NCBI GenBank assembly: GCA_963755715.1
Contig: CAVWLW010000043.1
Location: forward strand, 1 to 64,000
DNA: 64,000 bases
Reading direction: 5' to 3'
From: an uncultured delta proteobacterium
Lineage (GTDB): Bacteria; Desulfobacterota; Binatia; UBA9968
The notes beneath the pieces were generated by a model. That model was not told where the DNA came from. It ran no database searches and was given only the letters and a program-made list of their open reading frames with translations. Positions 60,443 through 64,000 of the stretch are shown piece by piece. Made by a program: the position numbers and the translations under genes. Position 1 is the stretch's first letter, and each line of letters starts with the position of its first letter.

Positions 60443-61463
60443 TTACGGGTTAATTGCCAGCAGGCGCTTTTGCGCTTCGTCCATTTTGGCGTTCCAGAGA
60501 TTTTTCTCTTTATAAAATTGTACGGCCGCGGGATGATACGGGATTGTGATATCGGATGAGGCGGCGCGCTCGCGGGTCCACTCTTGAAACTGCGGGATTT
60601 AACGGCGGCAGTTTGTCGATGTTGTCCCAGATCGCTTTCAGCGAATGCGCGACGACTTCGTTGGCCAATCCTTTGTGCCCAACCATGTAAATGTCATAAG
60701 CAAGCACACAGGTGTCGCCGACGATGCCAGTGGATGAACCTGCCTTGAGCGTGATGAGATAATATCCCGGAACCGCGTTCCTCACGCGCGCGTCGCCTTG
60801 AGCTGAGCAGTCCAGCGACAGAAAGCGCACACCGACGGCCGCATCGGCCTCTTTTATCTTGGCGACGCCGATGGCGTGATTGCTGACGTCGGCGCGTCCC
60901 TGAATCAGCGCGTCGACGCCGTCGTTAACGGCGGGAACGGGCACGACTTTGACATCGTCCCAAGTAAGCCCCGCATTCGCCAGCTCAGTGTAGACATGGT
61001 ACCAGATCGCGATATTCGCGGGATATTCTCCGGTCACGCTTTTCCCCTTGATGTCGTGGACTGTCTTTATCGGCGAATCTTTTCTGACCACCAGACTTAC
61101 CGATAACGGCGAGCCGCGCATGATCAATCTTGTGTTCGGCACGTGCGGCAAGGGATTTTTGCCGCTGATTTTTAACTTCGCCGGTCCTTGATAGCCGAGG
61201 TTCATTTCGACGGCGTTGACGATGCCGAAGTCGATTTCGCCGCTATCGAGCAACGGTAGGAAGGTGCTGCTGCCGGTATAAGGCTGCACGATCGACTGCA
61301 TCGGCCCGGCGCCGCTGATCACTTTTGCCAAACCGGCGCTGACGGCATAGAAAGCGGTGCCCGCGGGGTTGGTGCCGATGGTCGTCGAAGCCGGCAGCTT
61401 TTGGGCGCGGGCGGAGTTGTGGGTGAGTAACAGCGCGATGATTGCCGCCGTTAGTACTTTCAT
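60443..61463 (-). CDS. TAXI-family TRAP solute-binding protein (frameshift near 60585)
   Basis: IGTNPAGTAFY; the C-terminus IPYHPAAV..EAQKRLLAINP* lies in another frame and parallels the upstream paralog. Confidence 0.85.
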
Positions 61464-61556
61464 TGCTTGTCTTATCACCTCGCCCTCCTCTGGAATGCCG
61501 GCGTAAAGTCTAGCGTCCAGCGTTAACTCGTGACCCAAGACGCATCGATCGAATCT

Positions 61557-62579
61557 TTACGGATTCATGGCCAATAATTTTTTCTGCGCTTCATCCATTT
61601 TTTCTGACCACACGCCGCTGTCTTTGAAGTAGCGAATCGCGGCGGGATGATAGGGGATAGTGACTTCAGGATCGACGGCGCGTGCTTTTGTCCATTCCGC
61701 GAAGCCAGGATGAAACTGCGGTAATTTTTCCACGTTCACCCAAATCGCCTGGAGAACGTTTCGAACCACGGCGTCGGGCAACGCTTTATGGCCGACGAGA
61801 TAGATGTCGTAGGTATAAGCGCAGGTATCTTCGACAATGCCGGTTGACGAGCCCGCTTTGACGACGGACAGATAGTATCCCGGCACCGCTTTCTTGATTC
61901 GCGCTTCGCCCTGTTTTGAGCAATCGAGCGGAATGTAGCGAATACCGATGGCCGCGTCGGCCTCTTTCACTTTCGCCGAACCGATGGCGTGGGTGGTAAC
62001 GTCGGCGCGTCCCTGAATGAGCGCGTCGACGCCCTCGTTGACCGCCGGCACCGGCACGACTTTAACGTCGTTCCACGTCAAACCACCATTCGAGAGCGAG
62101 CCGAAGACGTTATACCAAACGGCAAGCTGCGCCGGATACTCGCCCGTGACACGCCTGCCTTTGACATCGCCGATGGTTTTGATCGGTGAGTCTTTTTTGA
62201 CGATGAGGCTGCTGCGGAGCGGCGAGCCGCGCATGAGCAAGCGCGAGCTCGGCACATGAGGAAAAGGGTTTCTTCCGCCGACCTTAAGCTTTTGGCCCTG
62301 GTACACCATTCCCATATCGACCGCGTTGACGACGCCCAATTCGAGCTCGCCGCTGTCGAACAGTGGCACGAACGTGCTCGTGCCCGCGTAGGGTTGGACT
62401 TGCGCCTGCATCGGCGATGCTTCGCTGACGACTTTAGCCAGGCCGCTCGCCAATGCGTAGAAGAGTGAGCCGGGCGGGTTGGAGCCTATCGCCACGGATT
62501 TCGGTAACTGCTGCGCGCGGCCTTCAGTTGCGAAAAGGAAAGTTGCCAAAACTAAACAATAGAAAAATTGACGACCCAT
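61557..62579 (-). CDS. TAXI-family TRAP solute-binding protein
   Basis: IGSNPPGSLFY, IPYHPAAIRYF motifs; signal peptide; GAGGAGG RBS. Confidence 0.9.
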   Translation of the reverse strand: MGRQFFYCLVLATFLFATEGRAQQLPKSVAIGSNPPGSLFYALASGLAKVVSEASPMQAQVQPYAGTSTFVPLFDSGELELGVVNAVDMGMVYQGQKLKVGGRNPFPHVPSSRLLMRGSPLRSSLIVKKDSPIKTIGDVKGRRVTGEYPAQLAVWYNVFGSLSNGGLTWNDVKVVPVPAVNEGVDALIQGRADVTTHAIGSAKVKEADAAIGIRYIPLDCSKQGEARIKKAVPGYYLSVVKAGSSTGIVEDTCAYTYDIYLVGHKALPDAVVRNVLQAIWVNVEKLPQFHPGFAEWTKARAVDPEVTIPYHPAAIRYFKDSGVWSEKMDEAQKKLLAMNP

Positions 62580-62700
62580 GGAGCCTCCTCGGTAAAGTGG
62601 CGATCAATTTAGATCGAATGCATTTTTCGGTCAATGGCGATGTGTCTGTGATAAGGAGTTGCGAGTTATTCTCTGAAGTGGACTATTCGATGTCCGCATT

Positions 62701-62806
62701 CGTCATTCCCGCATGTTTTTAGCGGGAATCCAGACGAACTCTGGTGCCGACCGGTATCCAGGTCGTGTTCGGCAAAACCTGGATTGCCGCCTCCGCGGCA
62801 ATGACG
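62701..62806. repeat. palindromic REP-like element (GTCATTCCCGC..GCGGGAATCCAG type)
   Basis: CGTCATTCCCGC..GCGGGAATCCAG ... CTGGATTGCCGC..GCGGCAATGACG. Confidence 0.75.
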
Positions 62807-62870
62807 AACGAGTCTCAATTTAGAACCTTTCGACGTGTAGCTACCTTCGTTCGACGAGATGCACGACAAT

Positions 62871-63956
62871 TCACTCGGGACGTGTCGCACCCAAATGCTT
62901 CGCTAAAAAATCACCGATGGCCGGACGGTAGCGGAACGGCATGTTGTTGCAGACGTGATTGCCGCCTTCGAGCAAGAGCCACTCTTTTGGGCCCGACGCC
63001 TCGTCATAAATCCGTTTTGCCTGCTCCACCGGCACGAAGTCCTTGTCGCCGTGGACGACCAGGAGCGGGCAGCGGATCTTAGGCGCCAACCCTTCGAGCG
63101 TGCAGCGGCTGTGCAGGTCGACTAGTTTCTGTTTGTCGTAGACCTTCCAGATATGCGCGATGCGCGCGAACTCGAAAGGATCTTCGAGACGATTGAGCAC
63201 CCGAGTGCGATCGTACATGCCGCCGGCGAACGCGCAGGCTTTGATGCGCGCGTCGCACGCAGCCGAGCGCGGCGCGAGATAGCCGCCCATGCTCGGACCG
63301 AAGACGCCGATCCGGCCCGCGTCGACGCCAGGCAGTTTTTCAAGGTAATCGATCACGGCCGAAGTCGCGCGCTCGAACTCGACGATCAGTCCGCCTTGAA
63401 ACCAGCTTTCGCCTTGTCCCGGCCCGTCGAAGGTGAAGGTCGCCATGCCGCGGCGCAGAAAACCGTCTTCCATTGTCCGCGCTTCTTCTTTGGTCGATTC
63501 CAAACCCGAGATAATCATGACCACCGGCGGCTTGGTGATTCCCGATGGCACGCGCAGGTAGGATGCCATGCGAAAATTTTCAAACGGCACTTCGTGGCGC
63601 ACCGCCGGCGGATTCAAGTACGGCGCCGCCTTGGCGTAGCATTCGACGCGCTTCTTTGCCGCAGGAATATACTCGTCGAGATTTTGCGGGGAGTTGTTGC
63701 AACCGAAGTGATACGCCATGGACGCCATTAAATATGATTCGGTGGCGCTCTCCCGATTGCCTTCTGCTTCGGCTTTACGCGCGAACTCTTCGTGTCCGGC
63801 AGCGGTCGCGCACCACTCGCGACACCAGTCGTCCCAAGTTCCAATGCGCTCACCGGTCGTCATCAGATCGTTGTAATCGATCCCCTGAACGATCATGCGC
63901 GGCGCCCAGGTTTTCAGAACGTGATCAACGGTCGGGTCGGGATGTTTGGCGAGCAT
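62871..63956 (-). CDS. alpha/beta hydrolase, 2,6-dihydroxypseudooxynicotine hydrolase/DUF1100-like
   Basis: GLESTKEE, FDGPGQGE, GPSMGGY, VVHGDKD, GNHVCNN; AGGAGG RBS. Confidence 0.85.
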   Translation of the reverse strand: MLAKHPDPTVDHVLKTWAPRMIVQGIDYNDLMTTGERIGTWDDWCREWCATAAGHEEFARKAEAEGNRESATESYLMASMAYHFGCNNSPQNLDEYIPAAKKRVECYAKAAPYLNPPAVRHEVPFENFRMASYLRVPSGITKPPVVMIISGLESTKEEARTMEDGFLRRGMATFTFDGPGQGESWFQGGLIVEFERATSAVIDYLEKLPGVDAGRIGVFGPSMGGYLAPRSAACDARIKACAFAGGMYDRTRVLNRLEDPFEFARIAHIWKVYDKQKLVDLHSRCTLEGLAPKIRCPLLVVHGDKDFVPVEQAKRIYDEASGPKEWLLLEGGNHVCNNMPFRYRPAIGDFLAKHLGATRPE

Positions 63957-64000
63957 GTGACGGCCTCCTTGTTTGATAGCGGGAAGTTTTCACGGAAACT

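Overview
GC-rich bacterial chromosomal window with no rRNA, tRNA, CRISPR array or intact integrase detected. Gene content and intergenic repeat style suggest an uncultured soil lineage such as Candidatus Binatia; this is inference only. The window is dominated by about 20 solute-binding proteins (NMT1/SsuA-like, TTT/Bug, TAXI, PhnD-like, ModA-like) against a single permease (TRAP fused DctM/Q). Between them lie catabolic enzymes: two xanthine-dehydrogenase-family Mo subunits, MmgE/PrpD, a racemase, amidohydrolases, and a hydroxycinnamoyl-CoA hydratase-lyase with an acyl-CoA dehydrogenase and two class III CoA transferases. The four main highlights are: (1) an ETR1-type ethylene-binding-domain histidine kinase heading an operon with receivers and a REC-REC-GAF-GGDEF-EAL c-di-GMP enzyme; (2) a molybdoenzyme large subunit fused to a solute-binding domain; (3) a 10.08-kb segment bracketed by a 271-bp duplication of a metE-like gene 3' end and carrying a toxin-antitoxin pair and a MITE pair; (4) a decayed RAYT transposase with flanking inverted repeats, plus several families of intergenic repeats. 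About eleven isolated frameshift sites in ten genes are most likely sequencing or assembly indels. All protein calls rest on motif recognition by eye; no database search was run.
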